64,000 nt of DNA, taken from assembly GCF_009914755.1 (NCBI RefSeq), contig NC_060929.1; one strand, given 5' to 3'. Position numbers and translations under genes: made by a program. A model generated the notes under the pieces. That model was not told where the DNA came from and ran no database searches. It was given only the letters and a program-made list of their open reading frames with translations. Source of the stretch: the human T2T-CHM13v2.0 reference genome, Homo sapiens. Of the stretch, positions 39,129-52,649 are shown piece by piece (position 1 is the stretch's first letter; every line of letters starts with the position of its first letter).

Positions 39129-40309
39129 TACTCCAGTTGTTTGTTTTTGGTTTTGTTTGTTTTTTGTTGTTTTGTAATAGGATAGCTTGTGCCCTTACAG
39201 CAACCTCATAAAGAAATGTATCTTTCCACCTTCTAACTGGACCCTCTGACTAATTTTTTTAACACTATTTTCCCAGTACTAGGAAACTTCTCATGGACCA
39301 ATAGTTTCTGTTGGATAAATAAGCTAATGTTTAGGTAGACTAGTCCCAGTGTAGTCAGGGAGTCCAGGAAGTCTGCAGATTTACCTGTTTCCAAGCAACA
39401 AATGTGACTTTTGATTAGCTGTCCTTGGCTTGTCAGATCTGCAGTACAATATACCTAGAGCTATGGATTTAACAAATCCTAAATCCTAAGGTAAAATCAA
39501 TAGGTATAATCTTTCAGAAAAGACAAAGTCTGCGTCATTTCTGCTGATAATTATTTTATTCTTAGACCAAATCTAGGTTAGCTCCAAAAGTAAACATCCC
39601 AGTTATTTGACTTGTATTTTCTAATGAACTTTAATATCCCATTTTCAAGACGTGAATTATTTTAAAATATCACATACTTTTATTATGTTAACTTTCTACA
39701 GGTAAAATCATCTTTTCTGGATAAGGGTAGGTTCATCAGTTTTATTTCTTGCATCCACAGGAGGCTGCTGCTTATTGCTTCTGATTTAGTTGCCTGTTAA
39801 GGCACTGAACATTATTCCTAACAAGGGCACCTACAATGAATAGCTGTGTACAGTTTATTTTCCTTTAACTCTTTTCTGCTGTCTTTGGTATAAAATTATA
39901 TCTAAGGACCTGAAAGCCAAAAAACTGTTAGCAGGACAAAAGGGACTTTTCATAGGAGTGCTGAAGAGCAAGATAACTTGTATAGGAAATGTGATGGTCC
40001 CTAGCCTATGAAAATATATATTTTTAATATATGTGTACTGGCCCAACCCTTGAGAATCCACATTATATTGCCATGAGAAGTGGCCTAAACATCTATAACA
40101 GTTAGAAAGCTCCATGAGTGATTCTGTTGTAACTCCAAATGGGAAACTTCTGTCAGTGTGTAGATAATCACACTGTGATCTAAAGCAGAGTTCAGAGATG
40201 ACCGTACCTTATATTAATTTCTGGCTCCATTATTTTTTGAATCTTATTTATCTTCATTGTTTCTTTTTCCACAGTCCACTGTTTTCCACATACAATTAAT
40301 AGTTAAGAT

Positions 40310-40470
40310 TAATTGAATACTAGTATGATAAATGTTTTAGATTTGTTAATTCATTCAATCCTCACAATAACTTTGAGGGAGAGACTATTATCCCTATTTT
40401 TGCAAATAAGGATACTAAAGCTCAGAAAAATTGCAGAATTTGCCCCAAAGAAAACAGCTAAAATGTAGTA
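40310..40470 (-). mobile_element. MIR
   Basis: tcattcaatcctcacaataac..attatccctattttt..atactaaagctcaga. Confidence 0.75.
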
Positions 40471-41264
40471 AAATGGCCTGCTAAATAAGTTCAGAAAATT
40501 TATTTTTGCTAATAGAAAAATCTCCATTTGTTTCCAAAAAAATGAAAAGTTTGTTTATAAACGCATGTTAAATAAAAAAGAATCAATTTGAGGAGGTGAG
40601 GATATTAGGGCACAAAGAAACAAAAGTAGGAAAATAAGGTCACAGCATAATTTCATGGCCTCAAATCTATCATATAAGTTGCTAAAAATGTGCCATAAAT
40701 TTCATTCAAGAGAGAGGCAAAAGCTGTTCAGTTATTGCCAGTGCAGAAACCAGAGGGAAATTTGTTTTCCAAGGTTCTCAAGGAGTAATGTAAGGAGATC
40801 CCATGGTATAAATTAGTGAACACTTTCCTCAATATATTTATAGTAACCTCAGAAAACTATCGTGCACATCTTTCTTATAATGCCTTTTAACATATACTAG
40901 CATGTCTTACACTAGATGTACTTACACTACAATATAATCCAGTAAAATTCATTTCAGAGAAGCAAAATAATCCTGTGTGTTTAAAATTATTTAATAGTTT
41001 ATATTAACTGAAGGGTAAATTTTAATGCCATCTAAGACAGCCTTTCCCAAAATACAGTCTGTGAAACAACCTATAAAAACAATCAGCATCTTTCCGTGGC
41101 TTCTCTGATATCTTCCTTTTTTATTTGTATGTTTCTTTTCTCTTTCTCCCTTTGTTTGTATCTCTTTGTACTTATGCATCTCCTTGCCTCTTATGTTTCT
41201 CCTAGATCTTCTCATCTTCACACTAACATCTTTCCCTGGTCGTAACCACCCATTACTTCAGTTA

Positions 41265-41889
41265 TGATATTAATGCAGTTTCAAATAAAACATCGCACCA
41301 AAGTTGAACAGGCAAGGAAGACTTTATTCAAGGCCGTTGCAATGGTGAGATCCCAGAACTAAATCTAAACTCATCTTCTCTGGAACAAAAGGCAGGAATG
41401 GCTTTTTAAGCACTGGGTGCCTGGCCAAAACATACTGGAGGATACCAGGGGAGAATCCTAGGGCACCTGTATTTGTTTGCTAATTGGCTTTACCCGATGG
41501 AAAACTAAACTTCTCACATCTTTGTGATAGAGAATGGTTTTGCAACTTGGCTTCAGGAAGGTAGGAGCCAAGTTGCAAAACTACCATCTGTCATAAACTG
41601 TCATAAACTCTATCATAGAAACTGTCGGTGCTATCTTCCTTGACATTTATTTAGACTTCAAAAAGATGGCTTTTTGGTCCTTGAGGAAAATATGCCGGGG
41701 TTCTAAATTTGGCAAGAGGATTTAAAAAATATTTACATCTGAAATGGGCAAATAGTAATTTTATAATTATGTTGTCTAAGGTGTATACTCAAAAAAAGCA
41801 AAAAAGTAGATAAGTGGCCACAAGTTAGATAGAAGCCTGTCTAAAGTTCAGTCAAGCTGAGGGGAACATTAATGCTGTTTTGGACAACA
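41265..41889 (-). mobile_element. ERV1 LTR (MER67/MER31-like)
   Basis: TG..CA ends; minus strand starts tgttgtccaaa..cttgactgaactttagacaggcttc; minus-strand AATAAA in gactttattc. Confidence 0.55.
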
Positions 41890-42004
41890 GGTTAATCAGA
41901 AATGTGGATTTCCTTAGATTTTCATCTGATATTTAAAACCCATATTTTCAAGCTTCTATATACAAATCATATGTATGTATATACACATACACACACATAC
42001 ATCG

Positions 42005-42470
42005 ATCTATATATCTATCTATATCTATATATCTATATATCTACCTATATCTATATATCTATATATCTACCTATATCTATATATCTATATATCTACCTAT
42101 ATCTATATATCTATATATCTACATATATCTATATATCTATATATCTATATATATCTATATATCTATATATCTATATATATCTATATATCTATATATATCT
42201 GTATATCTATATATCTATATATATCTGTATATCTATATATCTATATATATCTGTATATCTATATATCTATATATCTATATCTATATATCTATATATATCT
42301 ATATATATCTATATATCTATATATATCTATATATCTATATATCTATATATATCTATATATCTATATATCTATATATATCTATATATCTATATATATCTAT
42401 ATATCTATATATCTATATATATCTATATATCTATATATCTATATATATCTATATATCTATCTATATATCT
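42005..42470. repeat. Compound (ATATATCT/ATATATATCT)n repeat
   Basis: About 465 bp of directly visible low-complexity array. Confidence 0.97.
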
Positions 42471-43523
42471 CTTCCACCCCACATGGATGGCCCAGAGATA
42501 CATCAAACTGATGGTCATTATCATTCTTACACAAACTACCCTTACTTTGTGTTACCAATCTCAATGAAGGGCACCAACATTCATTCAAGTGTCCAAGCCA
42601 GAAGTCATGCTATCTTCTCTTAGCATCTCCATCACCTTCCATACCCTAAGCAACACCTTGCTCATATATGCATACAATCAAATAGGGAAATTAGCAATAC
42701 CTAATTAATTTTTTCAAGTTAAAATTATTGGACCTATGTTCTATGGGCTAGACAATTAACATCTCAGTTTGCCATGTCTTTTTTTTTTTTTTTTTTTTTT
42801 TTGGTGAAATAAACAGAAATGTCCTATGAGAAAAGTCCTTACTGTTCTACTGGGTACTATCTGAGCCAATTTCCAGATTGAATTGGGGCCTTCCATCCAG
42901 GCACATACACTAATTAGGCTCTCCAATTTCCACCAGAGAATTTTAACTCTATCTCCATCTAAGCATTTGAGTTCATCTTTAATAATAGGTAATGTTTTCA
43001 CTGTAAGATTTTATTATATTCATTTACCTAAAGCTCACTAGCACAAGTTTTTTATAAAGACTGGTGGCAGAAATCACTAGTCACCAATTTCTCTATTCTG
43101 AATTTTGTCCATGAGTTAATTCAGGCTGCCAACAGCTGTACAAGTTGACTATATCGTTTTCCTCTTGTAGAATTTCTTTTAACTATCTGTCATTATGCCA
43201 CTGCTGAACAGAGATATTATCAAATACATAGCTGTGAAAGATAAGGTTATATTCAATGTGTCATTAATGAGTAAGTTTTACACTATATCACAGCATATAT
43301 CTTTTATAAGGAATTTTGAGAAATATTCTACTTCAGTATCAAAATGTTTGGGTTTCCATTGAGCAGCTAGTTTTATTTTTACTTTACATGCTTTGAGGTG
43401 TTTGTAATTATATGGCTAGTTCTTTCTTTTTATCCACAAAACTTGTGAGCTGAACCAGAAGCCTCTGTTTACCAAAGTACAAGACTGTATAATATCATTT
43501 TTTGTATTCACTTTATCTCTGGA

Positions 43524-46500
43524 GTATCAGTTTGGTTATGTGGCTACATGTAACCAAAAAACCAAATAGGAGATGCGTTTTTCTAATATCTTGATTTCAG
43601 GGAGTTTGTGGTTGCTATTGTTAACATCTTTATAGCTCAGGGGATCCAGGCTCAAGGTCTCTAAAAACGCGTTGGTATTTTCTTTATGATCTTAAGATGA
43701 CTGTTCCAACTCTAGCCATCCTGCCTTTGTTTGCAAAAGGAAGGAGGAAAGAAAAGAACGAAAGAAATATGGTTGGCCCTTTGAACAGCTGTTTCAGGCG
43801 CCTATTATTTCACATAAAACTCTTCAAAACTTAGTAGCTAAAAACATTTATCATCATATTTTATTCTGTGTATTGACAAAGCTTAACTGGCTTTCCTCAC
43901 TTGGGATCTCTCATCTGATTACAGTCAGATTGTGTCTGGGACTGGAATCATCTAAATATTCAGCTGGGTTGGAAGTCCAAGATGACTCACTCTTGTGGCT
44001 GAGAGTTGATATTAGCTGTTGGCTGGGAGCTCAGCTGAAATGCCTACGCACAGCTTTGGCTTCTCATAGCGTGGCAGCTGGGTTCTAAGAGAAAGCTTCC
44101 CAACAGTAAGCATTTAAAGTGAAAGTGGCAAGTCTTCTTATAATCTGGTTTTACATGTTTGAGAATATTGCTTCTGCCACATTCTATTGGTCAAGCAAAT
44201 CACTAAGGTGAGCTCAAACTCGCAGGAAGGAAATTAGATCCCACCTCATTGTGCGAAAAACAGCATATGTGAGCAAAGAGAGAAAGGACTCAATGGTGAC
44301 TATTTTTGGAAACTATCTACCACTGTACTCTCTGCCTACCAGTATTCATGTTCCTCCCACATGCAAAATCAACTACGGTTTGAAGTCTAGGATTCATCAT
44401 TCAAATAAAGTTCAAGGGGAAATGAGGGTCCAACTTCTCAGGTGCAATTCCTCAAGACTAGTTTCTTTTTAACAGAAGAATTTTGAACCAAAGAGACAAG
44501 TTACCTGCTCGGTAACACAATAAGTTATCTTCTCAACTGAATGCTCAATATAACAATGGTGATACAAGGTTATGAAACTGACAAAAAAAAAAAAAAGACA
44601 ATTTTAAAAAAGACTGTGCTCTGGTAAAAGACAGCACTCACTCATCGATGGCAGTTCTGAAGTTTAACTGAGCACATGCCACCAGTTCCTTGACTGGGGC
44701 CCAGTCCTGCCCCAGATAATGTGCCTCTATGTCACTTGGCTCTGCCTTCTAGGCACCAGACTTTGTGCCCTACACTTCTTTCTTTTCCATTAGCAATCGC
44801 CTGTGTTTGCCGCTAAATATCTTTCTCAGCCTACTTCCTCCTAGAAAAAGTTTGAGTCCCCAATGACTCTTTTGAAAAAAATTCTGAACTGCCTCTATGA
44901 CTTTTAATTCAGTCTTATTGAGGTTCACACCATTAGACAAATGTCAGCCCCACAGTTTATTTTTCGTCAGATAGATTCCTCTTCACTGTAGGATTAGAGT
45001 CTTGATACCGTGGGTTCCCAGCCTTAAGATTCCTAGGAGTCCTGTTATCTAGTTGAAAGAGTCTTTATAATACTCCTTCATATTCACAGATGCCTTTTTC
45101 TGATTGCAGCCCTGCCATAAATGTTTCTGAGGTGTCAATAAAGGGTCCTGTAATTGCTCTATTGAAGTTAACTCTACCCTGATGTCATGTGTTACTGAAA
45201 ACACCTTGGGACTGAGTTTTACTCTGAGGCTATTTCTTATTTGGAGAAAAATTTTGCTACTTGGAGAAACTAGGGATGATAAATAATTTTATTTTTGAAC
45301 ACAGTAAGTCTTAAATCTTTTTTCCTCTCAATTTTTCTATAAAACACTGAATATTATCTTTCTAAAAATGTCATTCTCTCCGTGAGTACCTAATGTTATG
45401 CATCTAACAGAAACCAACTGGCACTTTCAACACTCTGCCCGGAAACCTCCTTATCCTGATATAGAATTCATTAGGACCATTTTCTGTTTACTAAATTACT
45501 GCAGTGTGTTATCAATAAACCTTTTGCCACTGAAAGGTTTTATGAGACCTAGTCTCACGAGTTCCTGAATGTAACTTCTGCTATATTCCAATAGCCAAAT
45601 CAGTCACTAAAGCCTTCTCAGATTCAAGAAAAGAGAAATAAAACTTCAGCTCATGATATACGATGGAATATTTATATAAAGAAAGGGAGGCAATTTATGG
45701 TGAGTTATTGTCAGAGATTATTTAATGCACTAAAGCAAAATTTTCCCAGAAATCCTCAGCACAGTTTAATCTTTTCTCATTGACCAGAATTGTTTCCTAT
45801 TTCAGAAAGCGAGCAGCAAAGTACTGGAAAATATGGTTGTGTGTGTATGTGTGTGTATTTGTGTTCATTGTCAACCCTCACAAAAAATAAACGAGGAGGT
45901 CCCTTAAAGAGAAAGATGAATATGGATATTTGATAGGAATCTAACAAAATATTCTGTAGTTCATACATTGGCTACCTAACACTTAACGTTCTTTAAACAT
46001 TCTTCTTTTAAATGGTGTAACATAATTACCTCTTTTCCACTAGAGATATCTCAAACTCTCTTCTAGTTATGCCATCCAACTCAGAGTCCAAAGTGTGTGA
46101 TCTTGGTGATATGTAATCTCAACAATAGAACAACTAGCAATTCCTGCTTGTCTGGCATTGTATTACCTAAAAGACAAAGCATCTGTCCCCAAAACATGTA
46201 CAATATTTGAGAAGAAATAGATCAGCTATTTTGAGAAATTTAATCCAGGAAAAGATGGGATTAAGCAAATACAGAGAGGTTACTGATCTCGCATCTCTCA
46301 AATCTTACTGATCAGGAATGACAAGGACTCCCTGAACCAAGAGCAGTGTAAGCTCTTGGTCAGGCAGTATTTTACTCCTTCATTCAGTTTCTGTGTTCCC
46401 TGGCTCTGCCCTCTGAGATGTTGTACAGATCTGATACTTCAAAAGCCTGAAGAGCTCCTGTACAGCTCTCAGAAACTACTGCCTGTGGTTGTGTGTTGGA

Positions 46501-47715
46501 AGAGTGTAGTAATTCTTTGGTAAATTTTTTAGTGGAGCAATGATAGTCATGAAAGTTTGCAGTCCAGACAGGGTGTGTGGTCACTATACAGTTCTGTTAG
46601 AGCATTCGTAGATTACTTGTATCTAGTCAGTATCCTGTAGGAGTAACTATAGCTAAAGATCTTATCTAGTCAAAATTTTTGACATTGAATATTCCTGTTA
46701 TTGACTGGGCCTTTATGTTCATTGACTTGGGATAATTGAAAAATAATATACCTGGGAAGAGGCTAAACCCTTACTCTCATTTTTGCCTTTAGATGAACTC
46801 CATTTGCCTGGCTGCCTATGAGTTTCTCTTGCTAAGTTTGTTGCTTTGCTATCCTTGCAATGGCTTCTATGTAAAGTATTAAAATTGCTTTTATTCTTTC
46901 TTTTTCTAAGTCTTCAAATTATAGGATTCTCTGGCAATATAAATGTCAGGCTGTGGGCAGAGAGTGCTTCCTTATCTAAGTGGCATTTCCCTCCATCTGT
47001 GCTTGCAGGCTATTTACTTCTCACTTGGGTCCATCTTGCTCTTGTAGAATTTTCCTAATGGTGGCAATGAGAGCCGGCACTAGCCAATATTCTAATCAGT
47101 CCCTACTCTTTTAAATAGTATAGCTTCAGTCAGTGTATAGTTTGCCTTACAAAGTATATCAAGTGACAATTGAATCCAAATATATTCCATTGTATATAAA
47201 GTGCGTTCAGCTTTCTTGTGTGTGGTTTCCAAAACCGGAATTTTCATCTCTCCACTTTCTCCATTAAACTGCAATATAGTTTCTGTTACTTGTACCAAAC
47301 ATATTTCTAGTAACAATTACTAAATCAATTGAGGTACTTAGTGCAACAACAATGCATTCTAGCTAATTTAAGTAGCAACTGTTATGAGCAATCTCATAAC
47401 AGCCCTAGATTGGCCAGGGACAACATTTTCTAAAGGGACACATCACTTCTGCCACACTCGTCGCTTAACACTTGTGACATTAGAAACTGGATAACAGAAC
47501 TGCTATAGCTGCCCCTGAAAAATAGATCTCTGTGATTAAACATGCCAGAGGATCAAGTCTCCCTGCCAGAGGCTGCCTCATTTTGCTCCATCAAACTTCT
47601 GTTTGATATTACAAAGCAGTCTAGGGATTGCTGTTTTTAGCTTTTCAGCCTCTACTTTACAGAAAGACAAGCTAAAAAAGATGCAGGAATGGATGTTGAA
47701 TAAGTGGATATGTAG
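43524..47715 (-). mobile_element. Nested ancient MaLR (MLT1) cluster: LTRs plus internal sequences
   Basis: MLT1 LTR motifs at 43524-43780, 43790-44322 (caaaacttagtagct..cttctgccacattctattggtc) and 45560-45980; intervening sequence resembles MaLR-int. Confidence 0.5.
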
Positions 47716-47789
47716 CATTTGCCATATATGGCTTCATTGGATGTTCTCCCCTTGTTGAAAAACAGCATAACATAGTGACAAATACAGCA

Positions 47790-48005
47790 TAATAGGTTCA
47801 GCACACAGACTTCAGGGATATCCATACTTCATTAGCTGTATAGCTTTCAGTATTACTTAATTTTTATAAACCTAAGTATCCCTATTTTGAAACACTTGGA
47901 TAAATCGCCCATATTATAAGCTGAATGGAAGGATAATAAAAGATAGCATGAGTAGTTATTAGTGTAATACCTATATGAAGTAAATTCTCACTGAGTGATA
48001 GTTAT
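47790..48005 (+). mobile_element. MIR
   Basis: acttcattagctgtatagcttt..ttacttaa..aattctcactgagtgatagttatt. Confidence 0.55.
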
Positions 48006-48344
48006 TGATATATTATTTCCTCTTTGAGGCAATCTCCTAACTTTGATTTTTCTCAATGTGAAATTTTCTTGGTATTTATTTTGTAAAGGTACCTCAGATA
48101 TTTTGAAATTTCTTTTTAGGATAAGACATAGTTTAAATAAATATAAATAATCCTGAGTATTAGAATATTGAAAGGTAGCATGAGAAGTTAAGAGCTAGAA
48201 ATAAGAGTAACTCGGGGTATTGAAGGAGAGGTGCTATCTCAAGTTATTCAGGGAGAGCTATAAGAGCCTTTTTCTAAAACGTGTATCACTTCATGTTTCT
48301 CTTTGGATCATAGATAAGCTAAGTGAGTCTTAATACTTAATTGC

Positions 48345-50530
48345 TAATTCCACAACCTTTTGTTAAGCACCTTCTATGTGCTAGTCATTCACACAGAGGG
48401 GAAAGACTGACAAAACCTCCAAACACATGGAGCTTCTATTCTAGTAAGGAAGACAGAAAATAAAGCAGTGTACAAATGTGGGTAGAATCCTTAGATTATG
48501 ATAAGTACTTTGAAAAAAATACTGGGTTGTTATGCTTGAAAAGTTTTGATGGGTCAGGTTAAGCTACTTAACATAAAATTCAAAAAATGCTTCTCAAAGA
48601 GGGCACATTTAAAATGAGACCTGCGGGAATAAGAAGAGACAGACATGTAAAAAAATCAGTGAGAAAGCATTCCAAGGAATTGCAATCTCAATATTCCCTA
48701 GATGGGAAGTAATTTGAACTAATACAGAAACTTAGAGAACACGAGGGTGCCTGGGGTTTAGTGAGCTATTGAAGGAAGTCTGGTGCAAAACCAGAAAGGC
48801 AACGTGGGCCAGATTATGCAGGGTTATAAAGGCGTGGCAAAAAGTTTGGGTTTCATTATAACTGAAATGGGAAGAGGAAGCTGTGGAAAGATCTAGGGTA
48901 GGGTAATTGTATAACCTAATTTGGGTTGAAAAGGATTCCTTTGGCTTTGACTGATATATATATATAATAGACTGAAGTAAGTGGAGAAAATTGGAAAAAC
49001 GAGGTAGGAGGTTTTTGAAATATGTAGGTGATGTATGGGACTAGGATGGTGACACATGAAATGGATTTAAGTGAATGATACCTGATACAATTTTGACATA
49101 CAACCAACCAACTGGGCCTATTAATAGATTGTGTGGGAAAGACAAAGAAAAGGGAGGAGTCAAAATGACTGCCAGTAGTTTTACTTCAGTAGTTAGGTCA
49201 GTTGTAGTATCCCCAACTGAACAGGGATGATTGTTTGATTAGGTTTGAGATAAATATTTTCTGAATTTCCAGATTTTCACTTTAATCATGTTAAATGTAA
49301 GATTTTGGCTGGGTGCGGTGATTCACACCTGTAATCCCAGCATTTTGGTAGGTCAAAGTGGGCGGATTGCTTGAGTCCAGGATGCTTGAGTCCAGGAGTT
49401 CAAGACCAGCCAGGGCAACATGGCAAAACCCAGTCTCTTAGAAGAAAGTAAAATTAGCCGGTCGTTGTCACGCGTGTCTGTGGTCCCAGCTACTTAGAAA
49501 GCTGAGGCAGAAGGATCGCTGGATACTGGGAGGCAAAGGTTGCAGGGAGGTGGAGATTGCAGTGAGCCAAAATTGCAACACTGCATTCCAGCCTGGGCAA
49601 CAGAGCGAGACCCTGTCCCCCTACCCCTGCTGCCAAAAAAAGAGATTCTGATGAGATGGCCAAGCGAGGATATGAAGTAGACAGTTGTGGATGGGTCAAG
49701 AACTCAGAGGTACTGAAATATGCATTTGAATATTGTCAAAATGCAATAGTATTTAAATCCATGGCTCTTGACTAGAGTTTTTTTTAACGTGCATTATCAA
49801 GATGATGACAATATTGATCATGGGTAAAAAATGAAATAACCTAGGGAGATTGTATAGATTTAGTTGTAGAAAAGAGAAATTATAAGATCTTTTTTGAGGA
49901 ACCTCATTATCCAGAGATTGTGAATAATTCTTTATTATATGTTTTTGACTAAGCAGGTTACAAATTGCAGGAAGAAAAACTGTATGTATGTGTCTGTGTG
50001 AGCAGCCTGTGATTTAGGGGGAAAAAGTTATGAGAATGAATGAGGTCACCGGTTACCTAGGGAATGTACGCAGATTTGGAAGAATAGAGGACCCAGACTG
50101 AGCTCTGAGAAACTTCAGTTTTCAAAGGGTATAGTGGAGGAAGATACACAGAAGAATTTGTTTAAATTACTACTGAAATAGGAAAAGCATAAGAGTAGTG
50201 ATATCATGGCTGAGAAAGGAACATTTTTTAGGAAAGATAGAGTGGTCAACTGTATCAGAGATGGCAGAAAATTTCAATAACATGAAACAAAACTATATAT
50301 TGAGTTTAGAAATATGAAGGTTATCAGTGGCCTTACTAGATTAGTATCAATTAATGATTGGGGACATAAGCCAGATAAAGGTAAGTTGAAGATTGCTTTT
50401 GACATGATAGAGGGAAAATATAGAAAATACTTATTTTTTTCCATAAATGCAAGTGGAGAAATTAGACTCAGAGAAGAAATCAAAGTCCTCTAGAAAGCAT
50501 GAGTGATGGGTGTCTAGAATTCAAGTGGAG
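48345..50530 (-). mobile_element. Long L2 fragment interrupted by an Alu
   Basis: ttaagcaccttctatgtgctag..catggagcttctattctagt..ggccagattatgcaggg..gaggacccagactgagc. Confidence 0.8.
49307..49640 (+). mobile_element. AluJ-like with two internal duplications
   Basis: gcttgagtccagga duplicated; gggagg..ttgca duplicated; gagaccctgtc end. Confidence 0.9.
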
Positions 50531-50609
50531 GGTTGTGGTGAGCCAAGATCGCGCCATTGCACTCCAGCCTGGGCAACAAGAGCGAAACTCCGTCTCAAAA
50601 AAAAAAAAA
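50531..50609 (+). mobile_element. Alu 3' fragment (AluSp/Sq-like)
   Basis: gagccaagatcgcgccattgcactccagcctgggcaacaagagcgaaactccgtctc + A13. Confidence 0.92.
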
Positions 50610-50965
50610 GTGCCTGTTCTTTGATTATTTCATACACTTTTAAGAAGTGTATGCCTATATTTTAATGTGGTAGTTTGTTTTTTGCTCGTTGATTTGTGTA
50701 AGATTTTTATAGATTCTAAATAAGTGGGAGCTAAGCATTCAGTGGACATTAACATAAAGACAGTAATAATGGGGACTAATGGGTGGGGAGGGAGGGAGCA
50801 TGGGTTGACACACTACCTATTGGTTACTGTGCTCACTATGTGGGTAACAGGATCCATACCCCAAACCTCCACATCATGTAATTTACCCATGTAACAAACC
50901 TGCAGATGTACTACCCTATCTAAAATAGAAGTGGAAATTAAAAATAAATAAATAATAAAAATAAA
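50610..50965 (+). mobile_element. Older L1PB-like 3' end with an inverted 5' segment (about 50610-50717)
   Basis: taagtgggagctaagc..catgtaacaaacctgca..aaataaa tail; the upstream part matches antisense ORF2 (ttgatttgtgtaag..atagattct). Confidence 0.7.
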
Positions 50966-51968
50966 TTCTAGTTAATCTTCTAACATGTATTGTGTTTTGA
51001 TGGAATGTGGTTTTAAAAAGTGAATTATAGGGCCCATGATTATTTGTTTTTTCTATGGATTATAAAAAGTGGTTGTGGACACAGTTTCAACTATTAAAGG
51101 GTTAGATAACTACAAAAGTGTAGTTTATTAAGATTTTAGAGGCAGCTCAGGTTATAATAGTATGAAATAGATAGTCATGGGAGAACATTATAAATAAGAT
51201 ACAAAGCATATAATATGTAGGCTGTATGCAAAATGTTTATCTTATGAAAACATAAACAAATATGACATATAAAGAAATCACCTTGTACTTAAGTAACTTA
51301 TTTTGTAGTTTGATACCAATGTATTGCCTTTAAAAAAGAATGCCATTATCAAAAATTCTTTATTAATTACAAGAATTAGGAATAATAAAGCATGATATTT
51401 GATGTGACACATATCATGAAGGGACTTTTAATAAGTTGTGTTCCATGGTGAGGATCCACATTTTGTTATCTCTTCATTTCTTTATTTCATCTTTGTGCCC
51501 TAGCTGCATGCCTTTGGTTCTTAGTATTGTCCCTTGCAGAGTGAATACTTATGTATACTAGCTGAAGCAACATAAAAAGCTGCCAAGGCTGTTGTTAGAG
51601 TCAGATTCTACATTACAGCTGTGTCTCACCATCAAAGTTGGCTGACAAACATGATTTAGGTTTATGTTTCCATCGATAGCAGGCCCCATTTTATGCAAAA
51701 ATATCTATTGGCCGAGCATCAGGGTTCATAAACATAGCTGCCCTCTACTGGGATGCTTGCTTTTTTTTTCCTTTTTTCTCTCCATCTGAAAAGCTTAAAG
51801 CTATTTTTGCCTCCAAAGCATAGGGATACATCAGCCTTATAGAGTAGGCCACTTATTGGGTTCATAAGTTAAATTCTATGCCAATGTGCTAATGCACCTT
51901 ATTTATGAACTTTTAGTTTTGAAAATTCTTCACTTTGAGAAGAAAATTCACTTCTACTCCCAGTTCTT

Positions 51969-52649
51969 TTCGTTTGTTTGTTTTACTTTTAGTTCCAGGA
52001 TTCATGGGCTGAATGTGCAGGTTTGTTACACAGGTATATGTGTGCCATGGTAGTTTGCTGCACCTATTGACCTGTCATCTAGGTTCTCTCCCCTCAGCCC
52101 TCACTCCTCAATAGGCCCTGGTGTGTGATGTTCCCCTCCCTGTGTACATGTGTTCTCATTATTCAATTCCTACTTATAAGTAGGAACATGTGGTGTTTGG
52201 TTTTCTGTCCCCGTGTTAGTTTGTTGAGAATGATGGCTTCCAGCTTCATCCATGTGCCTGCAAAGGACCTAATCTCATTCCTTTTTATAGCTGCACAGTA
52301 TTCCATGGTGTATATATACCACATTTTCTTTATCCAGTCTATCATTGGTGGTCATTTGGGTTGGCTCAATGTCTTTGCTATTGTAAATAGTGCTGCAATA
52401 AACATACATGTGCATGTGTCTTTATAATAGAATGGTTTATGTTCCTTTGGGTATATAATCAGTAATGGGATTGCTGAGTCAAATGGTATTTCTGGTTATA
52501 AATCCTTGAGGAATTGCCACACTGTCTTCCACAATGGTTGAACTAATTTACTTTCCCAACAACATTGTAAGAGCATTCATATTTCTCCACAGACTCACCA
52601 GCATCTATTGTTTCTTGACCTTTTAATAATTGCCATTCTGACTGGTGTG
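51969..52649 (-). mobile_element. L1PA (about PA7-8) 3' fragment
   Basis: ORF2 C-terminus and 3' UTR; TSD cta(c/g)tcccagttctt at 51954 and 52650. Confidence 0.92.

Noticed and set aside
41902-42567. 221-aa and 178-aa Tyr/Ile-rich ORFs
   Set aside because: Translation of a simple repeat.
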